The notes under the pieces are model-generated. The model had not been told where the DNA came from and did not search any database. It saw only the letters and a program-made list of their open reading frames with translations. Shown in pieces: positions 1 to 16,200 of a stretch of 64,000 nt of DNA (its first letter is position 1; each line of letters starts with the position of its first letter). The position numbers were made by a program, and so were the translations under genes. Source of the DNA: Eledone cirrhosa. Taxonomy: Eukaryota. The DNA is taken from NCBI GenBank assembly GCA_964016885.1, contig OZ024744.1:6138001-6202000 (forward strand), read 5' to 3'.

Positions 1-3000
1 ACCACCACCAAAAACAAAACCAACACCACCACCATCACCAACACCATCACCAATACCACCACCAACAACACCACCAACACCAACACCACCAGCATCACAA
101 CACCACCACCATCACCAACACCAACACCAACACCAACACCATCACCAAGACCAACACCATCACCAACACCATCAACAACACCAACACCACCACCAACACC
201 ACCACCAACACCACCACCATCAACAACACCACAACCAACACCACAACCAACACCAACACCTAGACCAACACCAACACCACCAGCATCACCGACACCACCG
301 CCATCACCAACACCACCACCAACACCACCACCAACACCACCACCAACACCAACACCAACACCATCACCAACACCAACACCAATACCATCACCAACACCAA
401 CACCACCACCACCATCACCAACAACGCCACCTACACCGCCACCAACACCACCACCAACACCATCAACTGCACCACCACCACCAACAACACCAACACCAAC
501 ACCACCACCAACACCAACACCATCACCAACACCAACATCACAACCAACACCACCACCAACACCAACACCATCACCAACACCAACACCAAAACCACCACCA
601 TCACCAACACCACCACCAACACCATCACCAACACCACCACCAGCAACAACACCACCATCATCAACACCAACACCGCCACCAATACCAACACCAACACCAC
701 CACCAACAGCAACACCAACACCAACACCAACACCACCACCAGCAACAACACCAACACCAACACCACCACCACCACCATCACCAACACCACCACCAACACC
801 ACCAGCATCACCAACACCACCACCAACACCACCACCAACACCATCACCACCACCAACACCACCACCAACACCATCCAACAACACCATCACCATCACCAAC
901 ACCACCACCAACACCATCACCACCACCGACACCACCACCAACGCCACCACCAACACCACCACCAACACCACCACCAACACCAACACCACCACCAACACCA
1001 CCACTAACAACACCACCAACACCACCACCAACAACACCACCACCACCACCAACACCACCTCCAATACCAACACCAACACCACCACCAAACACCACCACGA
1101 ACACCAACACCAATACCATCACCAACAACAACACCACCAACAACAGCACCACCAACACCACCACCATGACCAACACCACCACTAACATTACCACCAACAC
1201 CACCAACACCACCACCACCACCAACACCAACACCACCATCACCAACACCACCACCAACACCACCACCATCACCAACACCGCCACCACCACCATCACCAAC
1301 ACCACCACCAATACCACCACCATCAACAACACCACCACCAACACCACCACCATCACCAACACCAACACCAACACCAACACCATCACCAAGACCAACACCA
1401 TCACCAACACCATCAACAACACCAACACCACCACCAACACCACCACCAACACCACCACCATCAACAACACCACAACCAACACCACAACCAACACCAACAC
1501 CTAGACCAACACCAACACCACCAGCATCACCAACACCACCGCCATCACCAACACCACCTCCAACACCACCACCAACACCACCACCAACACCAACACCAAC
1601 ACCATCACCAACACCAACACCAATACCATCACCAACACCAACACCACCACCACCATCACCAACAACGCCACCTACACCGCCACCAACACCACCACCAACA
1701 CCATCAACTGCTCCACCACCACCAACAACACCAACACCAACACCACCACCAACACCAACACCATCACCAACACCAACACCAAAACCACCACCATCACCAA
1801 CACCACCACCAACACCATCACCAACACCACCACCAGCAACAACACCACCATCATCAACACCAACACCGCCACCAATACCAACACCAACACCACCACCAAC
1901 AGCAACACCAACACCAACACCAACACCACCACCAGCACCAACACCACCACCAACACCACCAGCATCACCAACACCACCACCAACACCACCACCAACACCA
2001 TCACCACCACCAACACCACCACCAACACCATCCAACAACACCATCACCATCACCAACACCATCACCACCACCAACGCCACCACCAACACCACCACCAACA
2101 CCACCACCAACACCAGCACCACCACCAACACCACCACCAACAACACCACCAACACCACCACCAACAACACCACCACCACCACCAACACCACCTCCAATAC
2201 CAACACCAACACCACCACCGACACCACCACCAACACCAACACCAATACCATCACCAACAACAACACCACCAACAACAGCACCACCAACACCACCACCATG
2301 ACCAACACCACCACCACCACCAACACCAACACCACCATCACCAACATCACCACCATAACCAACATCACCACCAACACCAAAACCACCACCACCACCAACA
2401 ACAACAGCAACAACACCACCAACACCACCACCAACACCATCACCAACATAAATACCAACACCAACACCACCACCAACACCACCACCAACACCAACACCAC
2501 CACCAACACCACCACCAACACCAACACCAACACCACCACCAACACCACCACCATCACCAACACCACCACCAACACCACCACCAACACCACCACCAACACC
2601 AACACCATCACCAACACCACCACCAACACCAACACCACCACCAACATAAATACCAACACCAACACCACCACCAACACCACCACCAACACCAACACCACCA
2701 CCAACACCACCACCAACACCAACACCAACACCACCACCAACACCACCACCATCACCAACACAACCACCAATACCAACAACATCATCAACACCACCACCAA
2801 CACCACCACCAACACCATCACCAACACCACCACCACCACCAACACCACCACCAACACCACCACCATCACCTACACCAACACCAACACCAACACCATCGCC
2901 AACACCATCACCAACAACACCACCAACACCAACACCAACACCAACACCAACACCACCACCATCAACAACACCACCAACAACAACAGAACCAACACCAACA

Positions 3001-6000
3001 CCAAGACCATCACCAAAGCCACAAGCACCAACACCCCCACCAACATCAGCACCAACACCACCACCATCACCAACACCACCACCACCACCAACACCACCAC
3101 CAACAACACCACCAACACCACCACCAACAACAACACCACGACCAATACCAACACCACCACCAACACCAACAACAACACCACCACCAACACGACCACCAAC
3201 ACCACTACCGACAACACCACTACCGACAACACCACCACCAACACCAACACCACCACCAACAACAACACCAACACCAACACCACCACCAACACCAATACCA
3301 CCACCAACACCACCACCATCATCAACACCACCACCACCAACACCCCCACCAACACCACCACCAACACCAACACCACCACCAATACCACCACCAATACCAC
3401 CACCAACACCAACACCAATACCACCACCAACACCAACACCACGACCAACACCAACACCACCACCAACAACACAACCAACACCAACACCACCACCAACACC
3501 AACACCATCACCAACACCAACACCAAAACCACCACCATCACCAACACCACCACCAACAGCATCACCAACACCACCACCAGCAACAACACCACCATCATCA
3601 ACACCAACACCGCCACCAATACCAACACCAACACCACCACCAACAGCAACACCAACACCAACACCAACACCACCACCAGCAACAACACCAACACCAACAC
3701 CACCACCACCACCATCACCAACACCACCACCAACACCACCAGCATCACCAACACCACCACCAACACCACCACCAACACCATCACCACCGCCAACACCACC
3801 ACCAACACCATCCAACAACACCATCACCATCACCAACACCACCACCAACACCATCACCACCACCGACACCACCACCAACGCCACCACCAACACCACCACC
3901 AACACCACCACCAACACCAACACCACCACCAACACCACCACCAACAACACCACCCACACCACCACCAACAACACCACCACCACCACCAACACCACCTCCA
4001 ATACCAACACCAACACCACCACCGACACCACCACGAACACCAACACCAATACCATCACCAACAACAACACCACCAACAACAGCACCACCAACACCACCAC
4101 CATGACCAACACCACCACTAACATTACCACCAACACCACCAACACCACCACCACCACCAACAACAACAGCAACAACACCACCAACACCACCACCAACACC
4201 ATCACCAACATAAATACCAACACCAACACCACCACCAACACCACCACCAACACCAACACCACCACCAACACCACCACCAACACCAACACCAACACCACCA
4301 CCAACACCACCACCATCACCAACACCACCACCAAAACCACCACCAACACCACCACCAACACCAACACCATCACCAACACCACCACCAACACCAACACCAC
4401 CACCAACATAAATACCAACACCAACACCACCACCAACACCACCACCAACACCAACACCAACACCACCACCAACACCACCACCATCACCAACACAACCACC
4501 AATACCAACAACATCATCAACACCACCACCAACACCACCACCAACACCATCACCAACACCACCACCACCACCAACACCACCACCAACACCACCACCATCA
4601 CCTACACCAACACCAACACCAACACCATCGCCAACACCATCACCAACAACACCACCAACACCAACACCAACACCAACACCAACACCACCACCATCACCAA
4701 CACCACCAACAACAACAGAACCAACACCAACACCAAGACCATCACCAAAGCCACAACCACCAACACCACCACCACCACCATCACCAACACCACCACCACC
4801 ACCAACACCACCACCAACAACACCACCAACACCACCACCAACAACAACACCACGACCAATACCAACACCACCACCAACACCAACAACAACACCACCACCA
4901 ACACGACCACCAACACGACTACCGACAACACCACCAACACCAACACCACCACCAACACCAACACCACCACCAACACCACCACCAACACCAACACCACCAC
5001 CAACACCACCACCAACACCAACACCAACACCATCATCAACAACACCGCCAACACCAACACCACCACCGCCACCAACACCAACACCAACACCAACACCACC
5101 ACCAACAACAACAACAACACCAACACCAACACCAACACCACCACCAACACCAATACCACCACCAACACAAACACCACCACCAACACCACCACCATCATCA
5201 ACACCACCACCACCAACACCCCCACCAACACCACCACCAACACCAACACCACCACCAATACCACCACCAATACCACCACCAACACCAACACCAATACCAC
5301 CACCAACACCAACACCACGACCAACACCAACACCACCACCAACAACACAACCAACACCAACACCACCACCAACACCAACACCATCACCAACACCAACATC
5401 ACAACCAACCCCACCACCAACACCAACACCATCACCAACACCAACACCAAAACCACCACCATCACCAACACCACCACCAACACCATCACCAACACCACCA
5501 CCAGCAACAACACCACCATCATCAACACCAACACCGCCACCAATACCAACACCAACACCACCACCAACAACAACACCAACACCGACACCAACACCACCAC
5601 CAGCAACAACACCAACACCAACACCACCACCACCACCATCACCAACACCACCACCAACACCACCAGCATCACCAACACCACCACCAACACCACCACCAAC
5701 ACCATCACCACCACCAACACCACCACCAACACCATCCAACAACACCATCACCATCACCAACACCACCACCAACACCATCACCACCACCGACACCACCACC
5801 AACGCCACCACCAACACCACCACCAACACCACCACCAACACCAACACCACCACCAACACCACCACCAACAACACCACCAACACCATCACCAACAACACCA
5901 CCACCACCACCAACACCACCTCCAATACCAACACCAACACCACCACCGACACCACCACGAACACCAACACCAATACCATCACCAACAACAACACCACCAA

Positions 6001-9000
6001 CAACAGCACCACCAACACCACCACCATGACCAACACCACCACTAACATTACCACCAACACCACCAACACCACCACCACCACCAACACCAACACCACCATC
6101 ACCAACATCACCACCATAACCAACATCACCACCAACACCAAAACCACCACGACCACCAACAACAACAGCAACAACACCACCAACACCACCACCAACACCA
6201 TCACCAACATAAATACCAACACCAACACCACCACCAACACCACCACCAACACCAACACCACCACCAACACCACCACCAACACCAACACCAACACCACCAC
6301 CAACACCACCACCATCACCAACACCACCACCAACACCACCACCAACACCAACACCATCACCAACACCACCACCAACACCAACACCACCACCAACATAAAT
6401 ACCAACACCAACACCACCACCAACACCACCACCAACACCAACACCACCACCAACACCACCACCAACACCAATACCAACACCACCACCAATACCAACACCA
6501 TCATCAACACCACCACCAACACCACCACCAACACCATCACCAACACCACCACCACCACCAACACCACCACCAACACCACCACCATCACCTACAACAACAC
6601 CAACACCAACACCATCACCAACACCATCACCAACAACACCACCAACACCAACACCAACACCAACACCAACACCACCACCATCACCAACACCACCAACAAC
6701 AACAGAACCAACACCAACACCAACACCATCACCAAAACCACAACCACCAACACCACCACCAACACCACCACCATCACCAACACCACCACCACCACCAACA
6801 CCACCACCAACACCAGCACCAACACCAACACCACCACCATCACCAACACCACCACCACCACCAACACCACCACCAACTACACCACCAACACCACCACCAA
6901 CAACAACACCACCACCAATACCAACACCACCACAAACACCAACAACAACACCACCACCAACACGACCACCAACACCACTACCGACAACACCACCAACACC
7001 AACACCACCACCAACACCAACACCACCACCAACACTACCACCAACACCAACACCACCACCAACACCACCACCAACACCAACACCAACACCATCATCAACA
7101 CCAACGCCAACACCAACACCACCACCACCACCAACACCAACACCAACACCAACACCACCACCAACAACAACAACAACACCAACACCAACACCAACACCAC
7201 CACCAACACCACCACCATCATCAACACCACCACCAACGAGACAACCAACACCAACACCAACACCAACACCAACACCACCACCGTCATCAACACCACCACC
7301 AACACCACCACCAACACCAACACCAACACCAGCACCAACACCAACAACAACACCACCACCAACACGACCACCAACACCACTACCGACAACACCACCAACA
7401 CCAACACCACCACCAACAACAACAACAACACCAACACCAACACCAACACCACCACCAACATCAATACCACCACCAACACCAACACCACCACCAACACCAC
7501 CACCATCATCAACACCACCACCACCAACACCCCCACCAACACCACCACCAACACCAACACCACCACCAATACCACTAACAATACCACCACCAACACCAAC
7601 ACCAATACCACCACCAACACCAACACCACGACCAACACCAACACCACCACCAACGACACAACCAACACCAACACCAACACCAACACCAACACCACCACCA
7701 TCATCAACACCACCACCAACACCACCACCAACACCACCACCAAGACCACCACCAACACCAACACCAATACCACCACCAACACCAACACCACGACCAACAC
7801 CAACACCACCACCAACAACACAACCAACACCAACACCAACACCAACACCAACACCACCACCATCATCAACACCACCACCAACACCAACACCACCACCAAT
7901 ACCACCACCAATACCACCACCAACACCAACACCAATACCACCACCAACACCAACACCACGACCAACACCAACACCACCACCAACAACACAACCAACACCA
8001 ACACCACCACCAACACCAACACCATCACCAACACCAACACCAAAACCACCACCATCACCAACACCACCACCAACAGCATCACCAACACCACCACCAGCAA
8101 CAACACCACCATCATCAACACCAACACCGCCACCAATACCAACACCAACACCACCACCAACAGCAACACCAACACCAACACCAACACCACCACCAGCAAC
8201 AACACCAACACCAACACCACCACCACCACCATCACCAACACCACCACCAACACCACCAGCATCACCAACACCACCACCAACACCACCAACAACACCATCA
8301 CCACCGCCAACACCACCACCAACACCATCCAACAACACCATCACCATCACCAACACCACCACCAACACCATCACCACCACCGACACCACCACCAACGCCA
8401 CCACCAACACCACCACCAACACCACCACCAACACCAACACCACCACCAACACCACCACCAACAACACCACCCACACCACCACCAACAACAACACCACCAC
8501 CACCAACACCACCTCCAATACCAACACCAACACCACCACCGACACCACCACGAACACCAACACCAATACCATCACCAACAACAACACCACCAACAACAGC
8601 ACCACCAACACCACCACCATGACCAACACCACCACTAACATTACCACCAACACCACCAACACCACCACCACCACCAACAACAACAGCAACAACACCACCA
8701 ACACCACCACCAACACCATCACCAACATAAATACCAACACCAACACCACCACCAACACCACCACCAACACCAACACCACCACCAACACCACCACCAACAC
8801 CAACACCAACACCACCACCAACACCACCACCATCACCAACACCACCACCAAAACCACCACCAACACCACCACCAACACCAACACCATCACCAACACCACC
8901 ACCAACACCAACACCACCACCAACATAAATACCAACACCAACACCACCACCAACACCACCACCAACACCAACACCAACACCACCACCAACACCACCACCA

Positions 9001-12000
9001 TCACCAACACAACCACCAATACCAACAACATCATCAACACCACCACCAACACCACCACCAACACCATCACCAACACCACCACCACCACCAACACCACCAC
9101 CAACACCACCACCATCACCTACACCAACACCAACACCAACACCATCGCCAACACCATCACCAACAACACCACCAACACCAACACCAACACCAACACCAAC
9201 ACCACCACCATCACCAACACCACCAACAACAACAGAACCAACACCAACACCAAGACCATCACCAAAGCCACAACCACCAACACCACCACCACCACCATCA
9301 CCAACACCACCACCACCACCAACACCACCACCAACAACACCACCAACACCACCACCAACAACAACACCACGACCAATACCAACACCACCACCAACACCAA
9401 CAACAACACCACCACCAACACGACCACCAACACCACTACCGACAACACCACCAACACCAACACCACCACCAACACCAACACCACCACCAACACCACCACC
9501 AACACCAACACCAACACCATCATCAACAACACCGCCAACACCAACACCACCACCGCCACCAACACCAACACCAACACCAACACCACCACCAACAACAACA
9601 ACAACACCAACACCAACACCAACACCACCACCAACACCAATACCACCACCAACACAAACACCACCACCAACACCACCACCATCATCAACACCACCACCAC
9701 CAACACCCCCACCAACACCACCACCAACACCAACACCACCACCAATACCACCACCAATACCACCACCAACACCAACACCAATACCACCACCAACACCAAC
9801 ACCACGACCAACACCAACACCACCACCAACAACACAACCAACACCAACACCACCACCAACACCAACACCATCACCAACACCAACATCACAACCAACCCCA
9901 CCACCAACACCAACACCATCACCAACACCAACACCAAAACCACCACCATCACCAACACCACCACCAACACCATCACCAACACCACCACCAGCAACAACAC
10001 CACCATCATCAACACCAACACCGCCACCAATACCAACACCAACACCACCACCAACAACAACACCAACACCGACACCAACACCACCACCAGCAACAACACC
10101 AACACCAACACCACCACCACCACCATCACCAACACCACCACCAACACCACCAGCATCACCAACACCACCACCAACACCACCACCAACACCATCACCACCA
10201 CCAACACCACCACCAACACCATCCAACAACACCATCACCATCACCAACACCACCACCAACACCATCACCACCACCGACACCACCACCAACGCCACCACCA
10301 ACACCACCACCAACACCACCACCAACACCAACACCACCACCAACACCACCACCAACAACACCACCAACACCATCACCAACAACACCACCACCACCACCAA
10401 CACCACCTCCAATACCAACACCAACACCACCACCGACACCACCACGAACACCAACACCAATACCATCACCAACAACAACACCACCAACAACAGCACCACC
10501 AACACCACCACCATGACCAACACCACCACTAACATTACCACCAACACCACCAACACCACCACCACCACCAACACCAACACCACCATCACCAACATCACCA
10601 CCATAACCAACATCACCACCAACACCAAAACCACCACGACCACCAACAACAACAGCAACAACACCACCAACACCACCACCAACACCATCACCAACATAAA
10701 TACCAACACCAACACCACCACCAACACCACCACCAACACCAACACCACCACCAACACCACCACCAACACCAACACCAACACCACCACCAACACCACCACC
10801 ATCACCAACACCACCACCAACACCACCACCAACACCACCACCAACACCAACACCATCACCAACACCACCACCAACACCAACACCACCACCAACATAAATA
10901 CCAACACCAACACCACCACCAACACCACCACCAACACCAACACCACCACCAACACCACCACCAACACCAATACCAACACCACCACCAATACCAACACCAT
11001 CATCAACACCACCACCAACACCACCACCAACACCATCACCAACACCACCACCACCACCAACACCACCACCAACACCACCACCATCACCTACAACAACACC
11101 AACACCAACACCATCACCAACACCATCACCAACAACACCACCAACACCAACACCAACACCAACACCACCACCATCACCAACACCACCAACAACAACAGAA
11201 CCAACACCAACACCAACACCATCACCAAAACCACAACCACCAACACCACCACCAACACCACCACCATCACCAACACCACCACCACCACCAACACCACCAC
11301 CAACACCAGCACCAACACCAACACCACCACCATCACCAACACCACCACCACCACCAACACCACCACCAACTACACCACCAACACCACCACCAACAACAAC
11401 ACCACCACCAATACCAACACCACCACAAACACCAACAACAACACCACCACCAACACGACCACCAACACCACTACCGACAACACCACCAACACCAACACCA
11501 CCACCAACACCAACACCACCACCAACACCACCACCAACACCAACACCACCACCAACACCACCACCAACACCAACACCAACACCATCATCAACACCAACGC
11601 CAACACCAACACCACCACCACCACCAACACCAACACCAACACCAACACCACCACCAACAACAACAACAACACCAACACCAACACCAACACCACCACCAAC
11701 ACCACCACCATCATCAACACCACCACCAACGAGACAACCAACACCAACACCAACACCAACACCAACACCACCACCGTCATCAACACCACCACCAACACCA
11801 CCACCAACACCAACACCAACACCAGCACCAACACCAACAACAACACCACCATCAACACGACCACCAACACCACTACCGACAACACCACCAACACCAACAC
11901 CACCACCAACAACAACAACAACACCAACACCAACACCAACACCACCACCAACATCAATACCACCACCAACACCAACACCACCACCAACACCACCACCATC

Positions 12001-13257
12001 ATCAACACCACCACCACCAACACCCCCACCAACACCACCACCAACACCAACACCACCACCAATACCACCAACAATACCACCACCAACACCAACACCAATA
12101 CCACCACCAACACCAACACCACGACCAACACCAACACCACCACCAACGACACAACCAACACCAACACCAACACCAACACCAACACCACCACCATCATCAA
12201 CACCACCACCAACACCACCACCAACACCACCACCAAGACCACCACCAACACCAACACCAATACCACCACCAACACCAACACCACGACCAACACCAACACC
12301 ACCACCAACAACACAACCAACACTAACACCAACACCAACACCAACACCACCACCATCATCAACACCACCACCAACACCGCCACCAACACCAACACCAACA
12401 CCAGCACCAACACCAACAACAACACCACCACCAACACGACCACCAACACCACTACCGACAACACCACCAACACCAACACCACCACCAACACCAACACCAC
12501 CACCAACACCACCACCATCACCAACACCACCACCAACACAACACCATCACGAACACCACCACCAACACCGCCACCACCACCAACACCACCACCAAGACCA
12601 ACACCATCACGAACACCACCACCAACACCATCACCAACACCACCACCACCACCAACACCACCACCAACACCAACAGCAACACCAACACCATAACGAACAC
12701 CACCACCAACACCAACACAAACACCACCAACACCACGACCACCACCAACACAACCACCAACACCAACACCACCACCAACACCACCACCAACACCATCACC
12801 ATCACCAACAACACCACCAACACCAGCACCAACACCAACACCAACACCATCACCATCACCAACACCACCACCAACACCAACACCACCACCAACACCACCA
12901 CCATCATCAACACCACCACCACCAACACCCCCACCAACACCACCACCAACACCAACACCACCACCAATACCACCACCAATACCAACAACAACACCAACAC
13001 CACCAGCAACACCATCACCATCACCACCACCAACACCACCACCAACACCACCACCAACACCACCACCAACACCACCACCAACACCAACACCAATACCACC
13101 ACCAACACCAACACCACGACCAACACCAACACCACCACCAACAACACAACCAACACCAACACCAACACCACCACCATCATCAACACCACCACCAACACCA
13201 CCACCAACACCAACACCAACACCAGCACCTACCACTACAACTACCACTACAACTACC
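1..13257. repeat. Compound trinucleotide array (ACC/AAC with ATC, AGC, AAT variants), C/A-rich + strand, with kb-scale higher-order repeats; open at window start
   Basis: Almost entirely ANC triplets; rare markers recur (ACCATCCAACAAC at ~870, 2028, 3808, 5731, 8324, 10218; CCATGACC at ~1164, 2296, 4100, 6024, 8617, 10511). The long V/L/G and T/N ORFs are read-throughs of this repeat. Confidence 0.97.
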
Positions 13258-16200
13258 ACAACTACCACTACAAAAACAACCACCACAGCTCAAACCAAAA
13301 CAAAACGATGTCCAACCCATCCCCTCCACTCAAAAAACAAAAACAATTTCCAAAACACCCGTACCGCAAACACAACCCGAAAATATACCCCTCCCCTCCA
13401 ACGCGGAAGATGACCCTAGTTCGTCGTCAGACGAGGAGGAGCACTTCCACACAATCAAAAGAAAAAAAAGAAAACACACCTCAGACACACAAATGAAAAA
13501 AAAACCCTCCCCAAAACATAACACTGACACCAACACAAAAGAGCTCACAACAGCAAACAAAAAACACCACACAAAAACAAAAACATGCATACACATACAT
13601 AAATACAAGAAACAAAAAACTGTTAAACATTGTGTACAACAACAATCTAATAAAAACACAAGGGCCTAACTTCACCCAGGCAGGGGATTTCCCCCACCTC
13701 AAAATGATTAAGGCCCCACAGGACACCTATAAAACTTTAAAAAATAATTTTAAAGAGGACGTGGGTCCCCCCTGCGTCGGGCCCATTAACCGCGTCCTCC
13801 TAAAAAACTATCCCACCCCTCCCCAAACACCCTCACAACTCCAAGCTCCCCAACCACACAACACACTGATGCCCCCACACTTCCACAAACCACCACCCCA
13901 CCCAACAACCCACCCCCCACCCTAATGGAAATTGTGCAGCCCGATACCCGGGACGCAGAGAGGTAAGTGCCTTTTCTCTTCACCACCAACATGGCTATGC
14001 TAAGAGTAGGCTGTTTAAATGCGCGTGGCCTGGGCTCAACTTGGAAGCAAGCAATGCTTCTAAATGACCTCAGGTCACAACGTATAGATGTGATGGTTAT
14101 TTGCGAGGCCCGGATCAGCAACGTGCGACAGCTGGCCCCCACCTTTGATGACTTTGAGATGCACGCATCTCTCTGTCAGCCCGGAGGTGGGGGTGGAGTT
14201 GTCGTTCTGCTGCAAAAACATCTGGGTCTCGCAACACAGATGGTACATTTGGACCCGGAGGGTCGACTAGTGGTTCTGGACCTTGGCAGTGGTAAAGGCG
14301 GAGCGTTTAGGTTGGTAGCCGCCTACGGCCCTTTCGGGTCAATGCGGCCGGACTTCTTCCATCGTCTGGAGACTTTTCTAGGGACGTCCCGCTCCTTGCT
14401 ATTAGTGGGGGACTGGAATGGTATCCTAGATGCACGCTGGGACTACGTAGGGGCCTGCCCCGATAGAGAGGGGTGTAATAGCCTCAAAGGGTTAATCGGT
14501 CGATTTAACCTGGCCGATAGATATCGACTAGATTTTCCGACTGCGCCAACCTGGACTTGAGCAAATCGTAGCGGATCATCTAGGTCGTACCTAGATAGGT
14601 TCTTAGTTAGAATTAAGGATAAGGACTTTTTAAGTTGTCCAAAAATGCGCATTGTTGGCTATTCAGACCACAAATTAGTGACCTGCATGGTCAACCTTGA
14701 CAGAACTCATAGACAGGGCCCCGGTTACTGGAAGCTCAACTTGTCCTTGCCGGCAAGTAGAGCCTACAGGAATCGGATTATTACGTTAGTTAAGGAACGG
14801 TTGACTGGAGCGATCGTCAACAGCAGGTGGTGGGTCTCTCTAAAGAGAGAGATTAGAGTAGTCTCGATAGAATTTAGTAAGGTTCTAGCTGCGGATAGGA
14901 ATAGGAAGGAAAGGGAGCTAATAGATAGAGTAGAAGAGGCAATTAGAAGCGGCGACGTGGCCAGAATGCTAGCGTCGAGAACGGCTTTGAGCCAGTTTTT
15001 CGACGCGAAGCACGAAGGCTGCGTTGTCCGAAGTAAAATACGTGCTCTAGGGAACGAGGGGACCAAAGCTGTTAGCTGGGCCCGCGTGACAGAGGCCAAC
15101 AGTGGAACTAAATCCACCATCCGGTCTTTGCGAGACCTGGATGGACGGGCGATTCTTGAGCCTAAGCAGATGTGTGAGGCCTTTCAAAGGCACTTTGCCC
15201 GACTGTTCGGGAGGGGCGGGGAGCCGGTTGGGAACGTGGACTTCGGTCCATACCTCGACGGCCTGCCGCGCCTCTCGGACAGGGAGGCGAAGTCCTGCGA
15301 GGAGCCGATTTCGGCCGCTGAGATAGAGGACGTGCTGAGCCAATGCGGCAAACGCAAATCCCCGGGTCTCGATGGTCTTCCTTACGAATTATATCTAGCT
15401 ATGCCGGACTTGTTCCCCGATCTCCTCGAGGCGGTCTACTGCAACTGGCAACAGAACGGGAGAATTCCCTGTACTGTGACCAAGGGCGTAGTCACGCTAG
15501 TGAGGAAGGACGAGAACAAGGGGGACGAAATAAGTAACTTCAGGCCCATAACACTGCTAAATACAGAGTTACAGATTTTGGCCAAGGTGCTAGCAAAGAG
15601 GTTGGCGCTTGTCGTGGGCAACCTGGTGGGAGATGCGCAGACATGCGCTATCCCGTCCAGGTCCATCCATGACAACCTCCACCTCATGCGATACATCATA
15701 GAGAGGGTTGGGAACGAACCCGGCTTTGGTGGGGCTCTGATCAACTTGGATCAATCTAAGGCGTTCGATAGGGTCGACCATGGTTACCTGGATGCGGTGC
15801 TAGCGGCGGCAGGCTTCGGACCCGTTTTCAGGGGCTGGATCACTGCTATGCACAGCAGCCGCATCTGCTCTAGGGTCAAGGTGAACGGCTACCTCTCGGA
15901 GCCGTTCAAAATCGCGCGGTCCATCCGACAAGGGTGCCCTCTCTCCTCCCTTCTGTATGTGTTGACTCTCGAGCCACTACTGCGGAAGTTGGAGTTGTTG
16001 CAGGGCATCCCTTTGGAACCGGGATTGCGGAAAGCGGTGTCGGCCTACGCCGATGACGTGACAGTAATGGTGTCGACGGCCTCCGAAATCGAGGCGGTCG
16101 GCACCTTACTGGAGGAGTACGAAAAGTTCACAGGGGCTAAGCTGAGCCGGGACAAGTCGATCGGTTTGCAACACGGCACGTGGAGGGGCAGACCGATGCC

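Noticed and set aside
431-13286. Long V/L/G-rich minus-strand ORFs and T/N-rich, His/Gln-tailed plus-strand ORFs (mucin-like, CCACCATG context)
   Set aside because: Expected translations of an ACC/AAC array lacking stop codons; no signal peptide or unique domain; the Kozak-like context and His/Gln tail arise from the repeat and its phase slip. Expression data would be needed to reconsider.
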